Positions 11,330-22,997 of a stretch of DNA of 64,000 nt are shown piece after piece. The stretch's first letter is position 1; every line of letters begins with the position of its first letter. The stretch is from Podarcis erhardii (lineage: Eukaryota), in NCBI GenBank assembly GCA_964252035.1, contig OZ176203.1; one strand, written 5' to 3'. Position numbers and translations under genes: made by a program. The notes under the pieces are model-generated. The model was given only the letters and a program-made list of their open reading frames with translations, made no database searches and was not told the origin of the DNA.

Positions 11330-11939
11330 GTGATGGTCCCGAGGGTTAACCGTGCGGCGAGGTCCGAGTCCAGTCTGAGGCCGATGGTGTGGTATGGAGG
11401 CAGTCCGTCAAAGCTGTAGCTGGGTCCAAGGCAGGGAGTTCGGTGAGGTCAGGAACTCTGGCAGGGGAGCAGGACAGGGTGCAGGCAGGAACAGGCTACC
11501 AACAATGTTGCTCCCGCAACCTGGGACTGGGGCTGGCTGTCTTTTATCTGCCCTGAGGCATAGGGTGGCCCCAGTCCACAGGTGACTCACCTCTCCTGGC
11601 CTGGAGGCGAGCACTCCTCCTGCGGGAACTTAGTTCCCTCCGCCTCTCTGCCCTGAGCCTCTGCAGCTCAGGAGAAGCTGGAGGGTTACCGGACCCAGAG
11701 GCAACCTCCTCTTCCCATGACGGGGCTGAGAGTGGAGCACCTGCAGGCAATAGGTCCTCCATCCCCTCAGGGGCCAGAGCAGACTCAGCTGGTGCCTGCA
11801 CCTGAGGATCCAGCACAGGTGAGGGGACCCTTCAGGCTCAAGCCCCAGCCCCGGCTCAGCTGGTTCTGGAGGCAGGGACTCCTATGCAGGCTGGGATTCC
11901 TCAGGTTCAGCCTCCGAGTCCGAATCCCAGGCCATCACA
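11330..11939 (-). mobile_element. Solo LTR (Gypsy/ERV-like) with a decayed ORF in U3
   Basis: Termini are inverted repeats (minus strand TGTGATGGCC... and ...GGACCATCAC, terminal base degraded). GC-rich; TATA-like GATAAAAG at 11541-11548; no pol sequence nearby. No TSD or AATAAA seen. Confidence 0.7.
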
Positions 11940-11966
11940 CACACACACAGACACACACACACACAC
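11936..11966. repeat. (CA)n microsatellite abutting the LTR end
   Basis: Direct reading. Confidence 0.95.
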
Positions 11967-12754
11967 CCCTCCTGAGAATGTAGAGCAAACAGGGGCCAGG
12001 CTACAACTCTTGGGCTTTATACTCCTATATTCAAAAACTGGAAGCAACAGATTATTCTCTTTTCCTGTTGTAAAAGCCAAAAACATGTTTTAAAGCCACT
12101 TCCAATTGTATAGAGCCCCATATAAATAGTGTATTTAAATTTTGCAGACAGCTTGTATTTCACCACTGTTTCACAAAACCAGCATTTTTAGCCAATTTAT
12201 CAATTTACTCCCGATGGGGACAACATGATGTCTTGTCCCAGTAGGGAATCGCTAGTAGCACTACTTGCATTTCACATTTTTTTTAAATAAAATGCTTTCA
12301 GCAATAGATGCCAGATGCTAGCAGGCCTACTAGTGTCCGATGCAAGTAGTATTATATATGCAAGGCCTACCAGCTTTTGACAAGTGCTTTATTCCAGAGT
12401 TTTGCAGTCCTGTGCATGACATCTTGCATTCAGTTCTGCACAATTAGATTTCATTGGTACTTGCATGCCCCAAATTATAGAAGACTGCAGACAGTGTAGC
12501 TGCTGTGACCCACAAGTAAATCTCTTCTGTACATTTTAGAACAATGTGTGTGTGATTCTCTGGGTTGTTCTTCGATTGATTTTGAAACACTGCAATGCCT
12601 AATAAAGGTTTGGGGAAAGAAAGATTTTAAAACAGTACAGAGGTGGCCACAGGAAATGTAATGAAAGAATGAAAGAAAATGCATTAAGGCTGTGATCCTA
12701 TATGTGCTCAGGCCCATTGAAACCACCAGGGCTTACTTCTAAGCAGTAAAATAT

Positions 12755-12985
12755 AAAATTGTAGGCTTGGAAGGGACCAAGGGCCATCTAGCCCATCCCT
12801 TGCATTGGTGCAAGAGTCACAGCAAAAAGATCCCTGACTACTTCTGTTCAAAAACCTCCAGTGAAGGAAAATCCACCGCCTTCTGAGGTGGTCCATTCAA
12901 CTGTCAAACAGTTATTCCTAACATTTAGCTGGAATCTGCCTTTTTGTGAATTGAATCCTACCCTCAGGAGCAGGAAAAAACAAGG
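12755..12985 (-). mobile_element. CR1 3' end fragment
   Basis: ttggaagggaccaagggccatctagcccatccc...aaaaacctccagtgaaggaaaatccacc...ttcaactgtcaaacag resembles the reverse complement of CR1 3' termini. Confidence 0.65.
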
Positions 12986-13091
12986 ATTCTTCTGTCCATC
13001 TGGCCTTTCTGTTTATAGATGAAATATACCACTATACAAACAGTAGTGCAGTGGAGCAGGGACAGGCAAAGAATGAAGCACCACCACTTAC

Positions 13092-13137
13092 TTCACAGCA
13101 GGGACAATTATCTCCTGGAGCACTATTTGCCAATCCT
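13092..13137 (-). other. Candidate 46-nt exon (GLANSAPGDNCPCCE)
   Basis: Acceptor atctgtttggcatgcag and consensus donor GAA|gtaagt. Frame-compatible with the candidate at 16168-16235. Confidence 0.25.
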
Positions 13138-13270
13138 CTGCATGCCAAACAGATAAGCTTTTCTCAGAGAAAAACCCACCTAATAATAAGCTAAGCAGAA
13201 AAAGAGGTAGGATCCGTAAGTGGCATGCACGGCTAAGGGTTAGACTTCTACTTTGAAAAACTCAAAAGCC

Positions 13271-13580
13271 CAGTTCATTTTGTTGTCTTTTTAGGTAATT
13301 TGTAAAAAGTTCCCATTATTCTTGAAGTCACGATTGCGCTTATCACACAGTTTGTATGTCTCCTTGGCAGGTTTTGAATAAACATCCACAAATTTATTAG
13401 TTGATAGATAAGGCAAGGATATGTGCAATTTTATAACATGTAGAGAACAATATGTGCAAAGAAATCAGAGAGGGGAGCTGAAGGAATTCCTTGGTGAGGG
13501 AGAAAGGGAAGGATGCAGGGGGAGGGGGAAAATAATGTAATTGATTATTTGGACTGATAATTTGTTATGTTGAAATTGTT

Positions 13581-13612
<32 letters not shown>
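13271..13612 (+). mobile_element. Short L1 3' end insertion with (TA)n tail and ~15-bp TSD
   Basis: KKFPLFLK...VSLAGFE* resembles the L1 end at 6570-6612. AAAAACTCAAAAGCC (13256-13270) vs AAAACCTCAAAAGCC (13613-13627). Confidence 0.75.
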
Positions 13613-13617
<5 letters not shown>

Positions 13618-14435
13618 CTCAAAAGCCTCTCTGTTATGACCAACTAAAATGTCACAAAACAGTGTGCAGATTTTTAGGGCACTAGAATGTGGGCTGGGAG
13701 CGAGGGAACCCAGCTTGGTGCTGAAGCAATAATGTCTGCATTGTACAAAAAAAAAAGTATTCTTTGCCTCAGCGGATTCAGAGGGACGTGTCTTTTGGGG
13801 TTGTCACAAAAGGCACCTAGTTGGCATTCGTCTGTCTCAAGAGACAACAGAGTGTGTCTCTGGGGGTAAATTCAAATCACTGCATTAGCAGCACTGAAGT
13901 GACCTCCCCAGGGCACAATCTTGGACAGTGTGTATGGAGGTCCCTGACTGCTCAGATGACAGGACGCCACTCTTGGCCTTACTGATGTGGTCCAAAGGAA
14001 AGCAGAGCTTTGTTTAGCACCAGCTTGGCTGCAGGGGTTGCTGGAAGGAGGCATACAAGGCAATGTCCAACCATCTTAGGGACTCCATTCTGGATTTGTG
14101 GTTTACTCCTTAGCCTTTTCTTCTCCTAAATATATCTCACAAAGCAGTGGAGCATTAGGATCAGAGTTTTCCTCCTCCTACATGGGTCACCTTCCCAGGT
14201 TGATGAGTGCCATCTGCCCCTACAAAAGACACCTATGCTTTGAACACAAATCAATGGAAAGTTTGATCATTTCCAATTTGTTTAGAAGAGAGGGAGGGTG
14301 AGGGAGAAATTACTAAACTTCATACTGTGATAAGATGACGGGCTTGGTGTGCTGATTTTGTATGGGATTTTTGTATAGGTTTATGATCCCAAAACATATC
14401 CCCCCACTTCCCACCCCAAAGAAAACACTCCAGCT

Positions 14436-14571
14436 CAGGTATCTCCAACCTTCGGTCCTCCAGCTGTTTTGGACTACAATTCCCATCATCCCTGACCACT
14501 AGTCCTGTTAGCTAGGGATCATGGGAGTTGTAGGCCAAAACATCTGGAGGGCCACAGGTTGGAGATGCCTG
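14436..14571. mobile_element. Palindromic hAT-type MITE (~136 bp)
   Basis: CAGGTATCTCCAACC...GGTTGGAGATGCCTG TIRs. Internal sequence is nearly identical to the TSD-flanked copy at 50359-50494. Confidence 0.85.
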
Positions 14572-14573
14572 TT

Positions 14574-14647
14574 AGCTGCCCAGAGTAGCTGGGGAAACCC
14601 AGCCAGATGGGCAGGGAATAAATAAAAACTATTATTATTAATTATTA
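14574..14647 (+). mobile_element. Isolated L2 3' terminus (same family as the element at 22998-26704)
   Basis: agctgcccagagtagctggggaaacccagccagatgggcaggg plus ATT-rich tail closely matches 26629-26704. Confidence 0.85.
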
Positions 14648-16167
14648 ATTTACATTCCTGTTGGGACCCTGCAAAAGGTACTGCTCTGTCAATGATGGAT
14701 CTTTCCCCTGTGCAAGTGCTACAATAGTCTAACCTTCCCAAATCCATTGGGGCACAAAGCTGCCAGTTATGGTTTGAGATGGGGCCAGGGGTGTGTGGCT
14801 TAATTAAAAAGAAAAAGGAAATGATGGAGGCTTTGGAATGAGGAAAGCAAGATCAGAGGGGATGGAGTTCGATCACACAACTTCCCTAAATGCCATATAT
14901 TTCATATTTAGTATAATTGCTTTGACATTTTTTGATATTTTATCAAGTGAATGAAAGATTAATTGCTCTGCGGTCTGAAAAGTGGCGTCACGAAATATAC
15001 CTATCACAGAACTGCTGTGCATGAAATATGGAAAAATGGCTGCACTTGGCTGGATTCACCCCAAACTCAGATATATGGTCTTATTTCTATCCCACCTTTC
15101 CAGGGGGTGGGAAGCTTGTGGGCCCTCTGAATGCTTCCAGATTATAACTTCCCTTATTCCAAGCCATTGTTTTTTTGCTGGAGCTGAGTAGAGCTGGAGC
15201 CCAACCACATTTGGGCATGGCACTGGGTAATCGGGGCAGAATAGGGATTCTCCCTGCAGTCTCCCTGTCTGAGCTGACAGAGTTGCACTCAGAGGCAGTG
15301 TTGAGGACTCTTAGACTGTTGTTTCTAGGGAAAGTCAACATTCATGTTGAGGCCATTAACTCTATGAAACCTCGGGGCTTCACGGCTGCCATGATAACCA
15401 TGGGGCTCTCCTGATGTCATTGGCCCCAATATATGTGGCAAACCACACACTAGATCTGATTTTCTCAACTGGGCAGGGAAAAAATGTGGTCTGCAAGTGT
15501 GGGGATACTAACTTCAGTTTCCAGTAATGGCTCGCTTTCAATTTTGTTTGCGCAGAACAAATCTGTCCTTTGTCACAGGTTTCATATAAGTCTGACTGCC
15601 TTGAATTTGATTACTGAAGTACATTTTTCCTTCTCTCTCATCTGAAAAGGGGGGGGGAGTAGTGGATATTTGTGAACACTTCACCAGACGCCTACACAGC
15701 CTTGATACCAATCATGCCAGGTGAGCTGTAGAAAATCAATATATCATTTGCTTTGACTGTTCCAAAAGGGAGCCAAAAGGGAGATAGTTACTGAAGTTAG
15801 AAATATATTAGTAGTATGTTGCTGTGAGTGAGAAAAAGAGTGGGGGGTAGGCACTGAGTGAAAGGCTCTAGGTTTTAAAATAAACCTATATGGTTTTCAT
15901 GCAGGATATTGAGCAACTGAATCACATGTGTTTATGAACCTGCAGGATTCATTTCATAGTTCTTGGTCATAACATTATATTTATTTATATGAATTATTCT
16001 AGTGCTGCGCCTCTCCTCCAGTTTTTCAAGAATTTTGGTTGAGGCTGGGCTGAGTGTATCTTAACATTGCAACATCACCATGGTCTCCGTGTTTTTCCCT
16101 TTCCATTAAACATTTATCCAGTTCTCTGAAGTCTCCTGAACTGAAAAAGGCCCATGGGATAAATTAC

Positions 16168-16235
16168 CTCATGGTGTCTTCCTCTGAGCTTTGACTGAGG
16201 TGCAGGCACCCAGGAAGACTGCAGAGTGTGGGCCG
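16168..16235 (-). other. Candidate 68-nt exon ending ...ACCATGAG (possible start codon)
   Basis: Acceptor tgttcttcctttcattctgcctcaacag, donor GAG|gtaatt, ATG with A at -3. Confidence 0.25.
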
Positions 16236-17027
16236 CTGTTGAGGCAGAATGAAAGGAAGAACACTCCTCAGATTCCTTAAAAGTAAGAAAACTCTCCACT
16301 CCACCCATTAGGCTCTCTCACAGAAAAATATCTCCTTTGATAATCTCCAAATGCAATTTCTTCTCTTATTAATCAATAGAGAATTGGGCAGGGAACCAGG
16401 AGAAACTTGTGGCACATCAATAATAATTTAACACATGTATAATACATGTTACAGTGGGGAAGGTATGTGCTGACCAATGTCCTGAAAAAAGAAACTCTGA
16501 AAGATCCCTGGTAGAAAGAAATCATTATGTGAGTGTGACTGGGAAAGAGGGAATAGATGCCCATAAATATAATCACTCTGTATCTGAGTGAACTCTCACA
16601 TCCTGGGGTGCCTCAATACATATAAGGAGAATGTCACTGTTCTTTTTGGCACATAAATGGGGAGGTAGTACTAGTCATCAGGTGAATATGTGTTTCAAAG
16701 TGGTCATATTTGACTAATCAAAGAGATAGAGAAGACCAGGCTAAATACAAAGAAACAAAAGAGGTTTATTTCTGATCACCTTCCCCAATCAGCTGAACTG
16801 GTTGATGGCTCTGAATTGTTCCTGCCTCTCCTTGGCTGACCTTTTGCAGGTATCAAGAGCTGACAGTGATACCTGCAGTGTTGCACTCCCTGTGAAATGT
16901 CAGCAAAAGCAAGTCAGCTCTTGTACTGATTTACTCCAGTTAAGAAATGTCATCGCAGTGCTTCATGCTACCTAAAACTCCCTTTGTAAGAAGAGCTGGA
17001 CAGTGAGTCACACAAACAAAGGCTTAC

Positions 17028-17073
17028 TGTTGTAGAAAGCTCAACAGGAGAACTGCAGTTCAACCAAATGTTT
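17028..17073 (-). other. Candidate 46-nt exon (possibly 5' UTR)
   Basis: Acceptor ttctttcgtttattactgtgacgcctgcag, donor ACA|gtaagc. Confidence 0.2.
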
Positions 17074-17300
17074 CTGCAGGCGTCACAGTAATAAACGAAA
17101 GAAGCAGACCATTTAGAGATCATCAGTACTTTGTAAGTCGCTTGATGCAGACATGGACACTGATAATTTCCCCCAACCCTTCGGCCCTCCATCCCCGTTT
17201 TCAGTTGTTTTATCTATAATACCCCTTTTGCTTTTCATATCTTTCCTCCATTTCCCTTCTCAGTGCTTTTAATCCCCCTTTGCCCTCCACCACCCTCCTA

Positions 17301-18062
17301 TTTATTCAACTGGGAACCTTGGGATTAAGTGATGCTGTCCTCATGGGTTTCATGATACAGAGGCAGGGTAAAGCTGAGTGCATTCGGATAGGAACTCTTG
17401 ACTTTAAGAAGGCTGATTTCAAAAAGCTTAAGGAACTACTGGGTGAGATCCCATGACCAGAAATATTCTAAGAGAAGGGAGTCTAAGGTGGATGGGAGTT
17501 TCTTAAATGTGATATATTGAAGGCGCAAATGCTGACAATTCCAACAAGAAAGAAAAGTGGGAGGCATCTAAATAAACGAACATGGCTGCATAAGGAGCTT
17601 ACAGATGAGCTGAGATTTAAGAAGGGAAGAAGAAGAGGAAATTATTAAGAGTGTACACAAGTAGCCAACAGTTGAACGGAGGAGGTCAGGAGGGCCAAAG
17701 TTCAGAGTGGGCTCAGGCTTGCAAGAGTGATTAAAATAGTTTGAAAAGGTTTCTTTGGTTATGTTTGAAGCAAGAGGGAGAACAAGCAAGTAGTAGGTCC
17801 TATGCATGGAGAAGACAGATAAATGCTTTTGGGTGATAGAGAGAAAGTGAGACTGCTCAACATCTCCTTTGTCTCTGTCTTCAGTAAAAAAGGAAAGCAG
17901 TACCCAACCTGACAATAACAAAATAAACTCCAGGGCCTGATAAGCCGCACCCAAGGGCATCAAAGGAACTTGCAGTTGTAATCTGAGTTTGTCTATAATG
18001 TTTGAGAATTCTTAGAGAACAGGTGAGGTCTCTGCAGCCTAGGTGGGTGAATGTTGTCCCAT
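17301..18062 (+). mobile_element. Degraded CR1 ORF2 fragment (region between endonuclease and RT)
   Basis: Translates with stops to RTLDFKKADFKKLKELLGEIP...WEFLKCDILKAQ..TIP.RKKSGR...WLHKEL...ELRFKK, typical of CR1. Confidence 0.85.
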
Positions 18063-18554
18063 ACCACCCTATGTATTACCCATGTTTCCTTCCATTTAGA
18101 TTCTGATTTTGCCAATTTGCCCAATCCTAGAGTACTCTGCAAAAGTCAGGCAAGGTTGTTTTAAGATAGACTTGCATGAGTCTTTAAGTATCTCAGAGCT
18201 AGAATGTTTCCCCCCTTTAATTTGGGGACACAAGCAATTCATGTCAAGGGGATTAAGAAAACAAATGCATTTCTTTTTCAAGCAAGCTTTTACAGTCTCA
18301 TTCTTTTTCAGTATTATTGCACTATTATTGCATTAGATCCATAAGAGTATTTGCCGCAATGATGGACTCAGACTTATTAATGTCACTTAAATCTTCATGT
18401 AACTTTCATGAGGTGAACACATGGATCTAGGAGACAAGCAGATGCAAGGGGAAAAAATCATATATAAAGCAATCACTTGTATTTCTGTTTGTGTAATCAG
18501 TATGTGAAACTAGCATGGATTTAGCATTTGGAAACTGGGATTGTGGCATGTGAA

Positions 18555-18912
18555 TGTTACAGTCCTCCTAGCACAGGACTCAGTTGGACTTTGCAGAAGT
18601 CTGCTCACCCTCTTAGGTGGGCACTGTTGTGGACCGGTGCTTCTCCCATCTACTGTGATCTGGTGGCAGAAGCCCCCTTTGCAGGCCACTCCCCAAGTGG
18701 CAAATGATGTCCCTGGACTGAGTGTGCATCCCAGGAAGTGGATTCTGCCTGCTTGCACAATTGGCCAATCATGAGAGGGTATGGGGCAGGGCCACTCCCG
18801 GGGGGTGGACCACCTTCTAAGCCAGTCTGTTCCACTGTCAAACAGCTCTTAGAAAAGTTCTTCCTGAGGTTTAGTCAGAATCTCCTTCTAGGAAACTGGA
18901 ATAAGGCACACA
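18555..18912 (+). mobile_element. Possible degraded solo LTR
   Basis: Starts TGTTAC; GC-richer than flanks; CCAAT followed by a GC-rich stretch. Ends and TSD not resolved. Confidence 0.25.
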
Positions 18913-18947
18913 CAGTGGACACACACTCCTATCTTGTCTTAGTTGGA

Positions 18948-19041
18948 CACCACACCACACCACACCAGACCACACCACACCACACCAGACCACACCACAC
19001 CACACCACACCACACCACACCACACCACACCACACCACACA
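18948..19041. repeat. (CACCA)n pentanucleotide microsatellite
   Basis: Direct reading. Confidence 0.95.
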
Positions 19042-19321
19042 CTTACATTTAATACCTGGTTGCCTGAATTAGATTGATAATATAGCTATGCCTATGATCT
19101 CCAATGCTCTGAGTGCACCCAGTATCCCTCTATTCCTGTGTTGTCTCCCTTACATAATAGCTGCAATCACTTGCCATGTTTTGTTGTTTGTTTTTTGCCC
19201 CCTTCTAAGCAGTGTGCGTACGTGCACGCTTTTGGGTTCTGGGATTCTCCACTCTTAAATGCTTTTTTTTAAAAAAAAAATGTATCCCTGCTTTGATAAG
19301 TGAAATTCAGATGATGGTGAT

Positions 19322-19390
19322 GATGTATGTATGTATGTATGTATGTATGCATCCCACCTTTCATCCAAGAAATTCAAGGCAATGCACATG
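19322..19390 (-). mobile_element. Short LINE/SINE 3' end with (TATG)n tail
   Basis: (TATG)n followed by catcccacctttcatccaaga...ttcaaggc, resembling reversed L2/MIR-type tails. Confidence 0.45.
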
Positions 19391-22300
19391 AAATTATTTC
19401 TCACTGACTGACCGAAGTCGCCCAAGGTGAGGAAAGTTGATCAATTTGAAGCTGAGCTGATAGCAAAATAATAGTAAAAATAAAGCACGTTGTGAGATAT
19501 CACCATCTCCCTCAGTCAAAGAGTCATCGTTTAACCAGTTAGGTTATTACTGGGGGATGATAGTTCAGAAGGACTATGAAATAGGAAAAAAAAATGTTCA
19601 GAATGGGAGGTGGAAAGCATCATAAGCATTATAAAGTTGTCACATAGCCAAATCTGATTGAAGACACGGTACTATGACATCTTCATGATTAGCTGATGTA
19701 GCCTGTAAGAATTTTTTTTAAAAAAAATAATCACTGTAAGAGAGCTGTTGAGAAGTGCAGTGAACAGAAGTAAAGCTTATATATATCCAGATGAAAAGTT
19801 TTTTGAGGTGGGTGGGATAAACCTCCCCTCCTTCTCCTTCATTTACATTCACCCATGAAAACTTAGCTCACCTTTATTTTCATGGTCAGCCAGCTATTTA
19901 GGTAAGCAAGCTCTGGGTGATGTAACAGTAGACCATGGCCTCATGGCAGTATCGGACAGTCTTCCCTTGTGTCCTAGGGAATTGTGATCACAGTCCACTA
20001 ATATTCCACCCAGCAGTCCCCAGAGCATGAGAATGCAGCTGGCATAGCAAGTCACAGCTTTCTTTGAGCTCTTTTGGTTGCTTTGAGTTAGAGAGCTCTT
20101 TTTTCTGTTCCTCATACTGAAGACTATTTCCACCCCCACATACTTCTGAACTTCTGTTCCCTTTCAAGTGTGGGTTCCCCCCTCCCTTTTTGTTCTTTTG
20201 TTAAGATCATTTCTCTGCCTTCATGTCTTTCAAAGGACTTCTAAAGATTCCCAGTCATATGAAGAACCTTTTATGGGTTGCATTTTGTGGCTTTTCCCTT
20301 CACGTGCAACACACAGAGAGACATGCATACACAAACAGCAAAGGATTTTACATTTGAGATGACACTGAACCTTCCGCATTTGAGGCCTCTTTAACATGGC
20401 AGAGGGTGGGAGGCTCCAGACTGAAGAAATTATCATAACCATTAACAGTTCCACTCTGTTTGTGTTTGTGTGTTATTCAAGAAATCACAGAAAATTAACT
20501 GAATTCAAATGGTGGGTGGAAAGGGATTCAAGCCAATTCAAGGGGATAAGTGTCCAAAAACCACATAGTGATGTAGTTTGAGGGGCTTGGGAAGTTTCTT
20601 AGGAAGTGCCCAATACCTCTTGGACAAATGATATGTGGATTGGAACTTAGATATTCGAATAGATCTTGCACTTCTCTGGGGTTCTTAGCAGTTCAAATGT
20701 TTCAACAAAAAATGCATGTTTACATGCACGTTTTGAGATAACATTCCAAGAGACAGGAGGTGGTATGTGAAAACCATTTCAGATCAGGAACATTTCTATT
20801 TTGGGAGCAAAGGGGAAAGAAAGACTGACATCTGGATCTGTTGCCCCAATGGATTCTGCCACCTCAATTTGCCTCTGGGCCTTTGTTTAGTCCTGCAAAA
20901 GCTGAGCCAGCTGTCCATGGATCATAGTTGTCTCTTTAAGGGGCCAAGTGGCAGGCATTTCATTGATAATGCAGACATTGCACTCTTGATGCTGGCTATA
21001 GCTACATGATATTTAAACTGATGCTAAACTTCTGTGTAAATCAGACTACAATGCATTCTGTAATATTGCATATGAAGAACACTATATATGCAAAGGAGAT
21101 TAGCGAGGGGCATATATGCACACTGATGGATTGGTGGGCTAACGAGTTAACAAACACAAGCATTTGCTCCCAAACAGCTCAGTAGTTAGAGGTATTTCAG
21201 TCTCTTCCATCACACAAGCCAGAATGTGTGGTTTTAATGGGAAGAAGAAATGCAGCAAAAAAGAAGACAGTGGGACAAGGGGAATGAAATGCTGTCAGCA
21301 TTTGTTGAAACAGGAACAATTGATCACCTGAGGTGCTTTGATGTTGTCATAGGCTCGTGTTTGTCTGTCTGTCTGATGTGCTGGAAGAAGAGACATCTTC
21401 TTCCAGCCTGAGCTTCTGAACAATGGAAATCAATTTCTTAAATAGCTTCATTGTGGGGGGAAAGGAAAAAAGAAACGAGACAGCCTTAATCTGTAATACG
21501 TTCAAAAAAGGAAGTTACAATTAGGTAAGGATTCAAGAGCAAAAAAAGAGGCAGAGGGCAATGTTTCACATTTTGTCTTTCTGAATATCTTGTAATGCAA
21601 TGGCTTAGTTTTGTTGAAAGGCAACATTTGCAGTTTGATAGGTGATCGCTATTAAAGAGAACTAGGCTATCGGAAGGGCCACAAAGTAATGGGTTTTATA
21701 GCCACTGTTCAGGCAAGTTGCAAAGATCATTCTGGTAGAGTGAATGTAAGTTAGAATGCAACAGATTTCTGTGCCTTTTGTTGTTAGCAATGAAAAGTGC
21801 ATATTTGCAATGCAGGTGATGTCCAAAGTGTAGCAACAAGTTTCTGAGCACTTATCCCAGAGAAAATTTTCTTTTAAAAGTGACTTATGTCAAAAGATGT
21901 TGTGCATTAAGCCAATTATGTGGAATGGGGAAGGGTGCAAAATGGCCCAGTGCTATGAGTAATGACAAGTGAGGTGTTTGAAATGGGATTGGTAAAAAGC
22001 ATTAGATCAGTGTTTTGTGAAATAGCTAAGTACTCCTGCTATTTGAATGGTGAGCAATGAGCTTCTTGTACAGTAGAAAGGATTAGAAAAAGCATGAGAT
22101 AATCAAGAAAAAATACTATACTGGTGAAAATGTCATCGATTCTTTTTCAGCAGGGGTGCGGAACATTAGGCTCACATGACATTCTTGGCCCACCAGGGGT
22201 TAAATCCTGCACTGGCTGTGTATACCTGTTCCCTTGGGTCTGAGACAGCAAGGGTTAAATTCTGTTCAGTTTGGCAGGATTCCATGCTTGAATATATTGG

Positions 22301-22997
22301 GTCACTTTTCAGTCCAGTGGGGGGAAAATAGTTGTAGAAATAATTCCCACCAATTGGCAATTACAGTGATTAATGCTGATTCCACCCAGAAAGTTACTTC
22401 TGAGAATGATTGAACATGTTCTTATTTACCCATTATATTCTGTAATGAACATTTCTTTCAATCTTTCAAATGCTTTCATTTTAAAACAGACCCAGTTTCT
22501 TTCTAATCATCAGAATTTGCATTGTAGGTAGGTTCTGTTAAAAAATATATAGCCACACTTTGAACCTATTTTATGAACTCCAGGCTGAAATTACCATCTT
22601 TGCTTCACTTGAAATGCAAGGCCTACTTGAACATGGCATGGGCTTCATTCAGAGTGCTGCGAGGGATGTATGAAATGAAACATTTGTATGCTTGTGTTCC
22701 TGAGAAGCTAAGCAAGGCTACTTTAAAATGCTTTAACTTTGGTGGGGTACATCCAATTAATATGTTTCTGGCTGCTCAGTGTTTTGGTTTAGAACACTTT
22801 CAGTCTCCTTAGACTTTTTATTGAGTCCATTTCCTTGGCTTTCCAAATCACATAGAATCTCAGAAATTTATGAAAATGAGCAAAACAATCTTGACCCAGA
22901 TTTACTGTCTCTTCTACTGTATGTGAGTCCTGGGCAAAGGGGTCATTCAGAAGTTATCAATAGAAGCTGCTCCAGTCCATATTGTAGATCACCATTG

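Noticed and set aside
19894-20139. ORF with a basic N-terminus and hydrophobic segment (type II membrane-like)
   Set aside because: 81 aa with no supporting splice structure or homology; within chance expectation.
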